Origin: an uncultured Alphaproteobacteria bacterium
Lineage (GTDB): Bacteria > Pseudomonadota > Alphaproteobacteria > RF32 > CAG-239
Direction: 5' to 3'
DNA: 64,000 nt
Assembly (NCBI GenBank): GCA_944391495.1
Contig: CALXTU010000002.1
Location: forward strand, 211,736 to 275,735
Positions 10,969 to 21,010 of this stretch are shown piece by piece (position 1 is the first letter of the stretch; each line of letters starts with the position of its first letter). Below the pieces are notes generated by a model, which worked only from the letters and a program-made list of their open reading frames with translations, ran no database searches and was not told the origin of the DNA. The translations under genes and the position numbers were made by a program.

Positions 10969-11978
10969 CAGCCTGCCCTCCGACGCATAAAGGCCAGCCC
11001 TAATCCGGCCGCTATTGCCAAAAGCAGCGGAATATAATAAAGCTCCGTCGTTTCGCGCACATAGCGTTCGTCATGATTTGACGGCTCCAGCCGGTCAATC
11101 AGGTCATAAATTTTTTGCAAATCGGCCGTGTTTTCGGCGCGAAAATAGCGTCCTTCGGTAACTTGTGCCAAAGCCTTCAATTCCTGTTCGTCCACACCGG
11201 GCGCGGCCAAAGACAGCATCCGGAAAAAGACGTTTGGCGAGCCGACGCCGATGGTGTAGGTTTTAATTTGCTCATCGGCTGCCAGTTTTATCGCCTGACC
11301 GAGGCTCATTGAACCGTCATTGTTTTCGCCGTCGGTCAGCAAAATGATAACCTTATCCCCCTTCTGTCCGCTCAGCGTTTTCAGCGCCAGAGCCAAGGCA
11401 TCGCCGATGCTGGTTGAATCGCCGGCCATACCGGCCTGCATTGAATACAGGATATCTTTGACGCCGGCTTTGTCAAAAGTCAGCGGCGCCTGCAGATAGG
11501 CCCGGGTACCGAACAATATCAGCCCGAGGCGGTCGTTGGCACGTTTGTCGGCAAAAGAAGACACCACCGCCTTAACGGCATCAAGCCGGGTAATGCGGCG
11601 GTTGCCGAGCGTAAAATCCGGCTCCAGCATTGAGGTTGAAATATCCAAAACCAGCATAATGTCGCGGCTTTCATTCTTGAGCGGCAGCGGTTCGCCGACA
11701 AACTGCGGTCTTGCGGCGGCCAGACACAGCAGCGCCCAGACCAGATACAACGCCCAGAATCTTTTGGATATTCCCTCCGCGGAAGGCACACTCCATAGAC
11801 CGCCGGCCGCTATATTGATACGCTGCAGATCGGCAATGAACGGCACCTTAAGCGCGTCGCCGTGCAGACCTTTGACTGCCGGCAAAAGCCGATAGAACAA
11901 GAACGGCAGCAACAGCAGCAACAAAGCATAGGGACAGGCCAAAATCATCATAAATTTTCTCCTATCCAGCGGCGGCAA
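10968..11978 (-). CDS. batA: BatA-like VWA-domain membrane protein
   Basis: It has two N-terminal TM segments and a VWA MIDAS motif (DISTSM). Confidence 0.7.
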   Translation of the reverse strand: MPPLDRRKFMMILACPYALLLLLLPFLFYRLLPAVKGLHGDALKVPFIADLQRINIAAGGLWSVPSAEGISKRFWALYLVWALLCLAAARPQFVGEPLPLKNESRDIMLVLDISTSMLEPDFTLGNRRITRLDAVKAVVSSFADKRANDRLGLILFGTRAYLQAPLTFDKAGVKDILYSMQAGMAGDSTSIGDALALALKTLSGQKGDKVIILLTDGENNDGSMSLGQAIKLAADEQIKTYTIGVGSPNVFFRMLSLAAPGVDEQELKALAQVTEGRYFRAENTADLQKIYDLIDRLEPSNHDERYVRETTELYYIPLLLAIAAGLGLAFMRRRAG

Positions 11979-12400
11979 AAAACGCGCAGCGCCGCAACAT
12001 CGGCCGCCGCGACTTCATGGTTTGCCTCGGGCATATAAGGCGCATTGAGAAGAAGTTCGGCCGCGTTGCGGTTCAGCTTGATTTTTTTGGCATGGCGGTT
12101 TAAAAATTCTACCCATTCCCGCCCGTGCAAAACAGCAGCATCAGGGTATTTGTAAACACAAATGCGGCGCAAAATTTCCGACATCTGGGCGGCTGATTTG
12201 AGCGAATCGTCAGCGGCTTTGGTCAAAAGCCGCAAAGCATACAGTTTTTTGGATTTGCGGCGCAGCAGACACAGTAAATGATAAAGGACCACCGCACCGA
12301 CGACTGCCGCCAGAATCACCCACCAGCCGTAGGCGGGCGGAAAAGCCGACACGCCTTCGGGCAGATGAATATCGCGTAATTCCGGCAGATTATCCGGCAC
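11948..12400 (-). CDS. small membrane protein of the bat operon (DUF4381-like by position)
   Basis: The 150-aa product has one TM segment and overlaps the start of batA. Confidence 0.45.
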   Translation of the reverse strand: MPDNLPELRDIHLPEGVSAFPPAYGWWVILAAVVGAVVLYHLLCLLRRKSKKLYALRLLTKAADDSLKSAAQMSEILRRICVYKYPDAAVLHGREWVEFLNRHAKKIKLNRNAAELLLNAPYMPEANHEVAAADVAALRVFCRRWIGENL

Positions 12401-12471
12401 GGCAGACCTCCTTAAATTTTTTATCCGAACTTTCTAAAATAATTTAAGGCGTAAAAGTTAAAATATCAATA

Positions 12472-13758
12472 TCAGCGGGCGTTGATGATACCGAATTTTT
12501 TCTTACCCAGGGCAATTTTGGCCCGGCCGCCCTCGAAATCGGCCGGCTGCAGCCGGTAGTTTTCGTCGGAAACCGCGGCATCATTCAGTTTCAGGCCGCC
12601 CTGTTTAATCAGCCGGCGCGCCTCACCCTTGGAAGCACAAAAACCGATATTGACAAAGACATCCAAAATACCGTCGCCGGCAGCGGCTGCAACCGTCGGC
12701 AATTCCCCGCCGGCACCGCCCTGCTCAAAGGTTTTGACGGCGGTATCCCGCGCAGCCTGCGCCTCAGCCTCGCCGCGGCAGATTTTGGTCGCTTCAAAAG
12801 CCAGAATTTTTTTGGCCTCATTGATTTCCTGGTCCTGCAAAGCCTCAAGGCGTCTGACCTCACTCATCGGCAAATCGGTATAAATGCGCAGGCATTTGCC
12901 GACCTCGGTGTCGCCGATATTGCGGAAATACTGATAGTAATCATAAGAAGAGAGTTTGTCTTCGTTAATCCAGACGGCATTACCCTCGGATTTACCCATT
13001 TTTTTGCCGGAAGCATCGGTAATAATCGGGCTGGTGAAACCAAACAGTTCGGCATCGTATTTGCGGCGGCCGAGTTCGGTGCCGGACGTGATGTTGCCCC
13101 ACTGATCCGAACCGGCTATTTGCGCGCGGCAGCCGTATTTTTGCATCAGAACGCAAAAATCATACCCCTGCAGCAGCATATAGTTGAATTCCAAAAAGCT
13201 CATCGGCTGTTCGCGGTCAAGCCGGCTTTTGACGCTATCCATCGTCAGCATGCGGTTAACCGAATAGCAGGTGCCGATATCACGCAAAAATTCAAGATAG
13301 TTGACATTTTTAAACCAGTCCCAATTATCAACCATCAGCGCATCGTTGGCTCCGTCGCCGAATTTTAAAAATTTGGAAAAAGATTTTTTCAGCCCCTCAA
13401 TATTATGCGCCAGCGTCGCCTCATCCAAAAACGGACGCAGTTTGTCTTTGCCGGACGGATCACCGATGCGGGCGGTGGCGCCGCCGACCAGAGCTATCGG
13501 TTTGTGGCCGCAGCGCTGAAACCAGCGCAGCATCATCAGCGGCACGATATGACCGACGTGCAGACTGTCGCCGGTGGGGTCGGAACCCAGATAGCCGACC
13601 GCGGGTTTTTCGGTCTTTTCACATTCGTACAAATAAGCGTCAAAGCCCTCAATATTGGTGCATTGATTGTAAAAACCGCGTTCAAGCATGATATTTAAAA
13701 ATTCAGATTTGAATTCCGACATCGTTTTCTTTCCTTCTGTTTCTTTATTTATAACCAA
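12472..13758 (-). CDS. tyrS: tyrosyl-tRNA synthetase
   Basis: HVGH (the HIGH motif), KMGKS and a C-terminal S4-like domain are present. The true start is probably the internal Met at 13722. Confidence 0.9.
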   Translation of the reverse strand: MVINKETEGKKTMSEFKSEFLNIMLERGFYNQCTNIEGFDAYLYECEKTEKPAVGYLGSDPTGDSLHVGHIVPLMMLRWFQRCGHKPIALVGGATARIGDPSGKDKLRPFLDEATLAHNIEGLKKSFSKFLKFGDGANDALMVDNWDWFKNVNYLEFLRDIGTCYSVNRMLTMDSVKSRLDREQPMSFLEFNYMLLQGYDFCVLMQKYGCRAQIAGSDQWGNITSGTELGRRKYDAELFGFTSPIITDASGKKMGKSEGNAVWINEDKLSSYDYYQYFRNIGDTEVGKCLRIYTDLPMSEVRRLEALQDQEINEAKKILAFEATKICRGEAEAQAARDTAVKTFEQGGAGGELPTVAAAAGDGILDVFVNIGFCASKGEARRLIKQGGLKLNDAAVSDENYRLQPADFEGGRAKIALGKKKFGIINAR

Positions 13759-13815
13759 ATCTTAACGCATATTAGCATATTATTTCGGCAATGCAAGAAA
13801 GGAGTTTGTTTTTTC

Positions 13816-14913
13816 ATGAATCCGATACAGGCATACAAAGTCCTCGGTTTATCCAGCGGATCGTCGCTGGACGGTATCAACGCCTCCATCATTACCACCG
13901 ACGGGGTTGATGTTTTTGAGTTCGGCAAAACTTTTGACATTCCCTATGATGATAATCTGCACGAAGGCCTGCGGCATATGCATCATCATTTTGCCTGCAT
14001 GAACGATGATGAAAAAACACGGCTTGAAAACGCCCTCACCGAGTTTCATATCGGGGCGGCGCGTGAGATTATGCTGGATTACGAAGATATCTCACTCATC
14101 GGGTTCGGCGGACATATCATCTGCCACCGGCCGGCGGAACACATTCTTTACCAGATCGGCGACGGGCAAAAACTGGCCGACGCTCTCAAGGTTAAAGTTG
14201 TCGGCAAATTCCGCAATGCCGATATTCTGGCCGGCGGACAAGGCGCACCGCTGGCGGCAATCTACCATGCCGCTCTGGCTCAACAGGAAGAAAAACCGGT
14301 TGTGTTTGCGGATATCGGGGGCTTAAGCGCCATCACGTTTATCGGCCAAAACGGCGAACTGACGGCTTTTGATGCCGGACCGGGTAATGCCGCCATCAAC
14401 GAATGGGTGAACAAACACGGCAATATGCACATGGACTATAACGGCCGGCTCGGCATTACCGGCAAAATCAACGAGGACGTTCTGGCCAGTATGATGAAAC
14501 ATAAATTTTTGGCCAAGTTACCGCCCAAAGCCGCCGACAACCAGACTTTCGCCGACAAGCTGGAGCATCTTGAAGGTTTAAGTCTGGAAGACGGCGCGGC
14601 AACGGCAACGGCTTTTGTGACAGAAGCAATTGCCGCAAGTATTCGCAATTTTATTCCGCTGACGCCAAAAAAAATCATCGTCTGCGGCGGCGGTGCCAAA
14701 AATCCGACCATTTTGCGCTTTTTACGCCAGCGCATTAAGGAAGCGCCGGTCTGCACGGCGGAAGAATGCGGATTTAACTCTATGGGGATTGAGGCTCAGG
14801 CTTTTGCCTATCTGGCGGTGCGGCGGTTGCAGCAGATGCCGACGTCTTATCCTTTTACCACCGGCGCGGTGCAGGAAGTTATCGGCGGCGAAGTGTTTGA
14901 ACCACGTGGTTAA
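13816..14913 (+). CDS. anmK: anhydro-N-acetylmuramic acid kinase
   Basis: The N-terminus GLSSGSSLDGINAS and the overall 365-aa architecture match AnmK. Confidence 0.8.
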   Translation: MNPIQAYKVLGLSSGSSLDGINASIITTDGVDVFEFGKTFDIPYDDNLHEGLRHMHHHFACMNDDEKTRLENALTEFHIGAAREIMLDYEDISLIGFGGHIICHRPAEHILYQIGDGQKLADALKVKVVGKFRNADILAGGQGAPLAAIYHAALAQQEEKPVVFADIGGLSAITFIGQNGELTAFDAGPGNAAINEWVNKHGNMHMDYNGRLGITGKINEDVLASMMKHKFLAKLPPKAADNQTFADKLEHLEGLSLEDGAATATAFVTEAIAASIRNFIPLTPKKIIVCGGGAKNPTILRFLRQRIKEAPVCTAEECGFNSMGIEAQAFAYLAVRRLQQMPTSYPFTTGAVQEVIGGEVFEPRG

Positions 14914-14927
14914 ATACGGCTCTTGCT

Positions 14928-15365
14928 TTAATTTTCAATTGTATCTTTGACACAACCATCTTTGGCGTTCCAAGTCACACAGTCTGCGCGGCAGTGGTGT
15001 TCGTTGCCGTCCCAAACCCCGCGGCCGGTTTCCAGACAGGTAATGCTGTCATAGCGCTGCTTTATTTCAGGTATCCGGTTCATCATGAAAAAGGCCGCCA
15101 GAGTTGAAAAAAATATAATATACGACCATTTGCGCCATCGTCCATAAAAACTACCCAAAAACGAACAAAGACAAACGAGCATTATTAGTCCATAGCTATA
15201 TTGCAAATATTTGTTGATACCGTAAATGTCAATATAGCTGAGAATAAAACCGAAAGTAAAAAACGATAAAACAATCAGTTTCAACAGTATTTTAACGCCC
15301 CATAATACCCGTTTAGCCTTTATTTGCCTGATGAGGCTCATTTGTTGTTGAAATTGATTGTTCAT
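14928..15365 (-). CDS. hypothetical membrane protein (3 TM) with a Cys-rich C-terminus
   Basis: The ORF has low GC. Its C-terminal tail reads CRADCVTWNAKDGCVKD. Confidence 0.45.
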   Translation of the reverse strand: MNNQFQQQMSLIRQIKAKRVLWGVKILLKLIVLSFFTFGFILSYIDIYGINKYLQYSYGLIMLVCLCSFLGSFYGRWRKWSYIIFFSTLAAFFMMNRIPEIKQRYDSITCLETGRGVWDGNEHHCRADCVTWNAKDGCVKDTIEN

Positions 15366-15706
15366 TTCTTGAGATACCTTTCTTAAAATTAAGTTTTTAC
15401 GGCTCAGCCGGCTCGGCCAAGTCTTTCGGAAATTTCAAGATAAAAGGTATCCTCTTCTTATGGCGCAGTGCCGTCATCAATAAAATTTTCAGGTCTTCTT
15501 TTATCCTTTTGTTGGATATATTAGAACAAAAAAAGAACTTTTGTCAAGTATGGCGGCGGAAGATATCCACAACTTTGATTGTAAAAATTTATTATATGTT
15601 AAATTAAAAGTTGAGCATGGTGGTTAACCTTTAATGTATTTTATGAGTTTCACAATTTTTAATCCTGATAATACAGAGCCCCTTTAACCCTGTTCGTCTA
15701 TCCGGC

Positions 15707-16216
15707 TTATAAATTTTCAGCGACCATCAATACAATAAAAGTAATCCAGATACCCCAACCGCCGTATAAAAATATAATCGCGTCTATTATGATGGTTGAT
15801 ATTTTTAAGGCCTGCGGCTGCCAGATAAAAATCATCATTCCATAGACAATTATGCGGAGCACTAAAATACTCAACAGAAAAAGCGGCAATAAGACAAAGG
15901 AAATACCGGCCGCAGAAAAGTTAAAATTTAACAGGCTCGCCCCGGATACCATGCCTGAGGCAATCAGCATTTCGCTTTCAATCAGAGATACAGCCAAAGC
16001 AAGAACAACCGGAATTTTCCAGACAAGAGCGGCCTTTTTAATATTTTTAAATTGGCCGCCGCACAAAATCTTCCATAAATAATAAGGAACAATCAGGCTT
16101 ATATAAATGCAGGGAATGCCCAAAAGAACCAACCCCAAATATTGAATTGGAAACAGCAGGGTTGATAAAATCAAAATGCCGCCCATCCATTTTTGTTTTT
16201 TAGTTATTGTCGTCAT
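15707..16216 (-). CDS. hypothetical polytopic membrane protein (about 5 TM)
   Basis: The ORF has low GC and a hydrophobic profile. Confidence 0.45.
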   Translation of the reverse strand: MTTITKKQKWMGGILILSTLLFPIQYLGLVLLGIPCIYISLIVPYYLWKILCGGQFKNIKKAALVWKIPVVLALAVSLIESEMLIASGMVSGASLLNFNFSAAGISFVLLPLFLLSILVLRIIVYGMMIFIWQPQALKISTIIIDAIIFLYGGWGIWITFIVLMVAENL

Positions 16217-16328
16217 AAAAAATTTTTCCTTTTATTTGAACCGAGAAACCTCCCGATGCGATTGGCATAATTATTTGGTATTCCTTTTATCCGTTCGCAC
16301 ACATATTAGAACAAAAAAAGAACTTTTG

Positions 16329-17315
16329 TCAAGTGCGGCGGGAAAGTGTTTGAACCGCAAGCCGGGCATAGGCCGGACGCTCAATGAAATGATATCCCAA
16401 AATGCCCAGACCGAGAACCACAAATACTTCAATAGTCGTTGAGACCAATGTTCCGCCGAGAAAGCTCTGATTGATTTTTGCCGCAATTTTCAGCCCCAGT
16501 GCCTGCATAATATAGACGGCATAAGCATAGCGCCCCATAAAGCCCCAAAATTTGCAGTCAAAAAAGCGCGATACAAAACCGCGGCGTTCAACAAACAGAA
16601 ACAGTTCGACCGCAAAAAATACCACGAAAATAAGCTTATTGTTATATTGTAAATGATGAAATACCATATTGAAAAGCAAAAAGAAAAGCAGCCCGGCTTC
16701 CATTATGCCGATAAAAATCAGGCCTTTTATTCCGCCGGCGGCCGGCAAAATATTTCTGATTTTAGCAAACAAGGGAACCAGTAAAATGCCGAACCCGATA
16801 CCGCCGACGGCTCGAACAAATGCCAGCGAAAATACGGAATTGACCGTCTGTCGGACATTAAAATTGCCGCCGTCATAATTGACAAGCAAAACATAACAAA
16901 CGTAAACCAGCAACGACACCGGCAGAACCGACCTGGACGCCCCGTAATGTTTCAGGATTATGAAATAAATAACCATGCTCCAAAAAAACGGTGCCACAAA
17001 CCATATAAAGCCCTGATACTTCAGAGTCAGGCCGGTGGCGTGCAAGAACAGCAATTTAAACAGCATATCATATAAGTTGCCGCCGGCAATAACTACGGCA
17101 AAAGCAAACAAAGGCCAGAGTCTTGCCGCCTTGTTGCGCATAAAAACACCGGTTGAAGGTAACGGCCCGGTTGCCGACAGGCCTAAAAAATAACCGGCCA
17201 GAACAAAAAACATTTCAACCGCCAGATAGCCGTCCGGCGAAGTATGTCCCCCATGAAACAAGATTATAACCAATGCAAACAAAAAACGCAGAAATTCAAT
17301 ATTCTGTATTCGCAT
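16329..17315 (-). CDS. acyltransferase family 3 membrane protein
   Basis: The N-terminus EFLRFLFALVIILFHGGHT is typical of acyltransferase-3 proteins, and the product has roughly 10 TM segments. Confidence 0.6.
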   Translation of the reverse strand: MRIQNIEFLRFLFALVIILFHGGHTSPDGYLAVEMFFVLAGYFLGLSATGPLPSTGVFMRNKAARLWPLFAFAVVIAGGNLYDMLFKLLFLHATGLTLKYQGFIWFVAPFFWSMVIYFIILKHYGASRSVLPVSLLVYVCYVLLVNYDGGNFNVRQTVNSVFSLAFVRAVGGIGFGILLVPLFAKIRNILPAAGGIKGLIFIGIMEAGLLFFLLFNMVFHHLQYNNKLIFVVFFAVELFLFVERRGFVSRFFDCKFWGFMGRYAYAVYIMQALGLKIAAKINQSFLGGTLVSTTIEVFVVLGLGILGYHFIERPAYARLAVQTLSRRT

Positions 17316-17390
17316 ATTCTAAATCTCCAAAAAGAAAACCACCTGTTTTAAGGGTGGCCGGAGAGTTCAGAAATCATAAAGGTTAAATGA

Positions 17391-17800
17391 CTCTCTTGGC
17401 CTTTAGGAAAACACCTTGAACATACGCCAAGAGCTCCCCGACCATGAGAAGAACATAATCGGGGATATATTGGCCGCGGACGAAAATGCGTCGCAGCTTA
17501 ACGATGTCATATCCTAACACCGAACCTTTAAGAGCTTCTGACAGCTCCGAGTTCGCACTCTTGGAATATCCTTAACGGAAATATTCCCGAGATAAAAATA
17601 AGATTTTAAAGACAGGGAGTCAAGCTTTTTGTCTGGATATGAATCTGCCGAGAACGATTTGCAGATACTGAGTCGCATTGTCGACGATTGTTGAGGCGGC
17701 AATAAAGCCGTGTTGTGAGTCTTGATATAAAGCCGGGTGGTTTTTACCAATTTTTTTCTTGCCTATTGGAACGGTTTTCTTTATGCTGGGTTTGCCGAGG
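17391..17800 (+). ncRNA. ssrA: candidate permuted (two-piece) tmRNA / ssrA
   Basis: A tRNA-like 3' end, ...gagcTCCCCGACCA, sits at 17431-17444. Fourteen nt later, CGGGGA at 17460 can pair with TCCCCG as an acceptor stem. A tag-like frame follows at 17473-17517 (GCC GCG GAC GAA AAT... = AADENASQLNDVIS, then stop). The 3' boundary is not defined. Confidence 0.35.
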
Positions 17801-18035
17801 CGAGTTGCTTTGGTGGTGTCTAACAAACATCTCACAAGAGAAAGCTCCTTTATTAAGGGGAGTGCGTGATATAAGGCTTTGCTCGAATAAGCGCGACTGT
17901 TCTTGTGCAGTTTGTTAGCTCCCCGCCTTTTGTTTTTTCAAAGGGCGGCTTTGTTTCTTATAAAAACTATCGTAAGCTGCTTACTTTTTACGGTAAGCGA
18001 ATCAGAATTTCGATTGTTGATTTGTCTTAAAATCA

Positions 18036-18067
18036 AAAAAGCCCCGTTATCCGACGGGGCTTTTTGT
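18036..18067. terminator. bidirectional rho-independent terminator
   Basis: The sequence aaaaaaGCCCCGTTATCCGACGGGGCtttttgtt lies immediately after the trpS stop. Confidence 0.8.
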
Positions 18068-19083
18068 TATTTTCCGAAAACCGCATTTTTAAGGCGTTCC
18101 AGCGTGGCGGCGGCCACCGGACGAGCCTTGGCGGCGCCGTCTTCCAACATTCCTTCAACCTCGGCAAAATGCGCCATATAATAGTTGTATTTCTCGCGCG
18201 CTTCTTTGACCTCGGCAATAACGGCGTCCAGCAACATATTCTTTATGTGGCCGTAGCCGAGCCTGCCCTGACGCAGGCCGTCGCCCATTTCCTGAAGCTC
18301 CGCCGGAGAGGCAATCGCCTTATAAATCTGATAAACCAAAATCTCTTCCGGATCTTTAGGTTCTTCCAGCGGACGCGAATCGGTTTTGACGGAAAAAACG
18401 GCCTTTTTGATGGCGGCATCGTCTTCAAACAGCGGAATAACATTGCCGTATGATTTGCTCATCTTGCGGCCGTCAACCCCTGGAACCACCGCAACATTTT
18501 CATCAATATAATATTCCGGCAGGCGCAAAAGATCACACCCGTAGTGGGCATTGACGGCGCCGGCGATATCGCGGGCAATTTCAACATGCTGAACCTGATC
18601 TTTGCCGACGGGAACAATATCGGTGTTAAAAGTTAAAATATCCGCCGCCATTAAGGTCGGATAAGTGTAGAGCCCCATATTGATACCGTCGTCGTCCGGT
18701 TTGCCGGCCTCGCGGTTTTTATCAACCGCCGCTTTATAGGCATGAGCTTTGTTCATAAAACCTTTGGGCGTATAGGCATATAAAATGGTCGTGATTTCGG
18801 GTATCTCGTGAATGTCTGACTGGCGGTAGAACACCGACTCTTTGGGATCCAGCCCCGCCGCCAGATAAATGCAGGCGATTTCTTTGAGCATTTCGTTCAA
18901 AACGGCGGGATTTTTCTCGGCATTGATGGCGTGATAGTCGGCAATAAACATATAATGTTTGCCGCCCTGCGCCAAGGCACGGTGGCCGAGTGCAATCGCC
19001 GGTTTGATGGCACCGAGGTAATTGCCCAGATGCGGTTTGCCGGTCGGTTTGACGCCGGTTAAAACAATTTTGTTGTCAAACAT
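18067..19083 (-). CDS. trpS: tryptophanyl-tRNA synthetase
   Basis: The product has GKPHLGNY (the HIGH region) and KMSKS. Confidence 0.9.
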   Translation of the reverse strand: MFDNKIVLTGVKPTGKPHLGNYLGAIKPAIALGHRALAQGGKHYMFIADYHAINAEKNPAVLNEMLKEIACIYLAAGLDPKESVFYRQSDIHEIPEITTILYAYTPKGFMNKAHAYKAAVDKNREAGKPDDDGINMGLYTYPTLMAADILTFNTDIVPVGKDQVQHVEIARDIAGAVNAHYGCDLLRLPEYYIDENVAVVPGVDGRKMSKSYGNVIPLFEDDAAIKKAVFSVKTDSRPLEEPKDPEEILVYQIYKAIASPAELQEMGDGLRQGRLGYGHIKNMLLDAVIAEVKEAREKYNYYMAHFAEVEGMLEDGAAKARPVAAATLERLKNAVFGK

Positions 19084-19209
19084 TGATTATCTTCCTTCTG
19101 CTAAAACTTTGTCTTGCGAAGAACAATAAAGTATGCCGGCGGTAAGGTCAAGCAAATAGTGCTAAAAAAGCATCATTGCGAATCGGATAAAAGTGTGGTA
19201 TAGTTATTA

Positions 19210-19506
19210 ATGTTTAATATAAAAAATACTATCATTATGGCAAAAGAAACTTACCGTTCATCTATTGATGAACTTCGAGAAGAGGAAATTGAAAACGGAA
19301 TTTTCATAGGCAACGGAAATTCTGTTGAATTTATGGATATGCTCAGCGATGAAGAACGTGAGCGCTTCCAGCAAATGGCCAAACTGGCGGAACAAAAGAG
19401 AAAATGGTTGCGTCGGTACGAAAAAATGCAGGAAGCAATATCCTGTCGGGACTTTGATGAGGCATATTCTGCCTTTGAGGTTCTAAGCAATGATCTCTTC
19501 GAGTAA
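19210..19506 (+). CDS. hypothetical acidic 98-aa protein
   Basis: The ORF is followed by the terminator hairpin at 19513-19562. No strong SD is present, and the start may be at 19237. Confidence 0.4.
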   Translation: MFNIKNTIIMAKETYRSSIDELREEEIENGIFIGNGNSVEFMDMLSDEERERFQQMAKLAEQKRKWLRRYEKMQEAISCRDFDEAYSAFEVLSNDLFE

Positions 19507-19512
19507 AATAAC

Positions 19513-19562
19513 GGGAACGCCCTTGAACGGTTTTGAGACTGTTTAAGGGCGTTCCTGTTTTT
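19513..19562 (+). terminator. rho-independent terminator
   Basis: The hairpin GGGAACGCCCTT...AAGGGCGTTCC is followed by tgttttt. Confidence 0.55.
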
Positions 19563-19657
19563 AGCGCGTGAAAAATGCAATTTTTCTGTTGTTTTTGCCC
19601 GTAAAACCGCTATAATCGGCGTCAGCTTAAATCAAATAATTGGTGAGGATTTTTTAA

Positions 19658-20938
19658 ATGCTGGATATCAAATTTATCTGCGATAATACCGACTGGGTTA
19701 AACAATCCCTGGGGAAAAAGGGATTTCCGGCGGCAAAGGTTGATGAGCTGATTGCCGCTTATCTGGACTTAAACAAGCTTAAAACAGCCTCGCAGGCATT
19801 GGCGGAAGAAAAAAACAAACTCAGCAACTCCATTAAATCGGCGCCGGCGGAAGAAAAAGCGGCCATTATCGCCAAAAGCAAAAGCATCGGCGAAGAGATG
19901 AAACAGCTGCAGGTGCGGCTGGACGAGGCACAGGCCAAGTTTGACGATATGATTTTGCGGATGCCGAATTACCCGAGCGACGACTGCCCGGTAGGGCCGG
20001 ATGAAAGCGGCAATGTCGTTATCCGCAAAGTGGGCGAGCCGCGCAAATTTGACTTCAAGCCGCGCGACCAGGTTGAGCTCTGCGAGCTGAACGACTGGAC
20101 CGACATGGAGCGGATTGCCAAGGTTTCCGGCGCGCGTACTTATGCGCTGAAAAATGATCTGGCACAGCTGGAACTGGCCATGCATATGATGGTTTTGGAC
20201 AAACTGCGGGCGCACGGGTTTACGGTGATTTCGGTGCCGTCGATATCCAAAGAAAAACCTCTTTACGGCCAGGGATATCTGCCGTTTTCGCGCGATGAAA
20301 TTTACTATATGCCGGCCGACGATGTTTATTTGTCCGGCACGGCGGAACTGATTTTGAATTCGCTGCACGCCGACGAGCTGTTGAGCGAAAACGACCTGCC
20401 GATTATGTATGCCGGATTTTCGCCCTGCTTCCGCCGCGAAGCCGGTGCCGCCGGCAAAGACACCAAGGGCCTTATCCGCGTGCACCAGTTTATGAAAACC
20501 GAACAGTTTATCATCTGCAAAGGAGAGTTGGAAGAAAGCGAAAAATGGCACCAAAAGCTTTTGAGCATTTCGGAAGAAGTGTTGCAGGATCTGGAGTTGC
20601 CGTATCAGGTTTTGGACATCTGCACCGGTGATATGGGCGCGCCCAAATACCGCCAATATGACCTGGAAGCCTGGCTGCCCAGCCAGAACTGCTACCGCGA
20701 AACCCACTCCTGCTCCAACATTACCGACTGGCAGGCACGGCGCACCAACCTGCGTTATCGCGAAAATGCCACCGGCAAGGTTAAATATGCCCATACTCTG
20801 AACAATACCGGCATTGCCACTCCGCGGGCTTTGGTTATGTTTATCGAAAACCACCAAAATGCCGACGGATCGGTCAATATTCCGGTTAAACTGCAGCCGT
20901 ATATGGGCGGCAAAAAGGTTATCGGCAAGGGCAAATAA
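19658..20938 (+). CDS. serS: seryl-tRNA synthetase
   Basis: The product has an N-terminal coiled-coil arm and the class II core (FRRE, GLIRVHQF). Confidence 0.9.
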   Translation: MLDIKFICDNTDWVKQSLGKKGFPAAKVDELIAAYLDLNKLKTASQALAEEKNKLSNSIKSAPAEEKAAIIAKSKSIGEEMKQLQVRLDEAQAKFDDMILRMPNYPSDDCPVGPDESGNVVIRKVGEPRKFDFKPRDQVELCELNDWTDMERIAKVSGARTYALKNDLAQLELAMHMMVLDKLRAHGFTVISVPSISKEKPLYGQGYLPFSRDEIYYMPADDVYLSGTAELILNSLHADELLSENDLPIMYAGFSPCFRREAGAAGKDTKGLIRVHQFMKTEQFIICKGELEESEKWHQKLLSISEEVLQDLELPYQVLDICTGDMGAPKYRQYDLEAWLPSQNCYRETHSCSNITDWQARRTNLRYRENATGKVKYAHTLNNTGIATPRALVMFIENHQNADGSVNIPVKLQPYMGGKKVIGKGK

Positions 20939-21010
20939 GCCTTTGACAGGAATTAAGCCCCGTTGCCGCTGCGGGGCTTGATTGTTTTTGTTTTTTGTAA
21001 GGAGCCGTTT

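Noticed and set aside
17340-18060. RNase P RNA or SRP RNA in the trpS-upstream gap
   Set aside because: I looked for the conserved RNase P segments (GGAAAGTCCGGGC, A-rich P4 strand) and the SRP domain IV motif and did not see them. The tmRNA-like features fit better.
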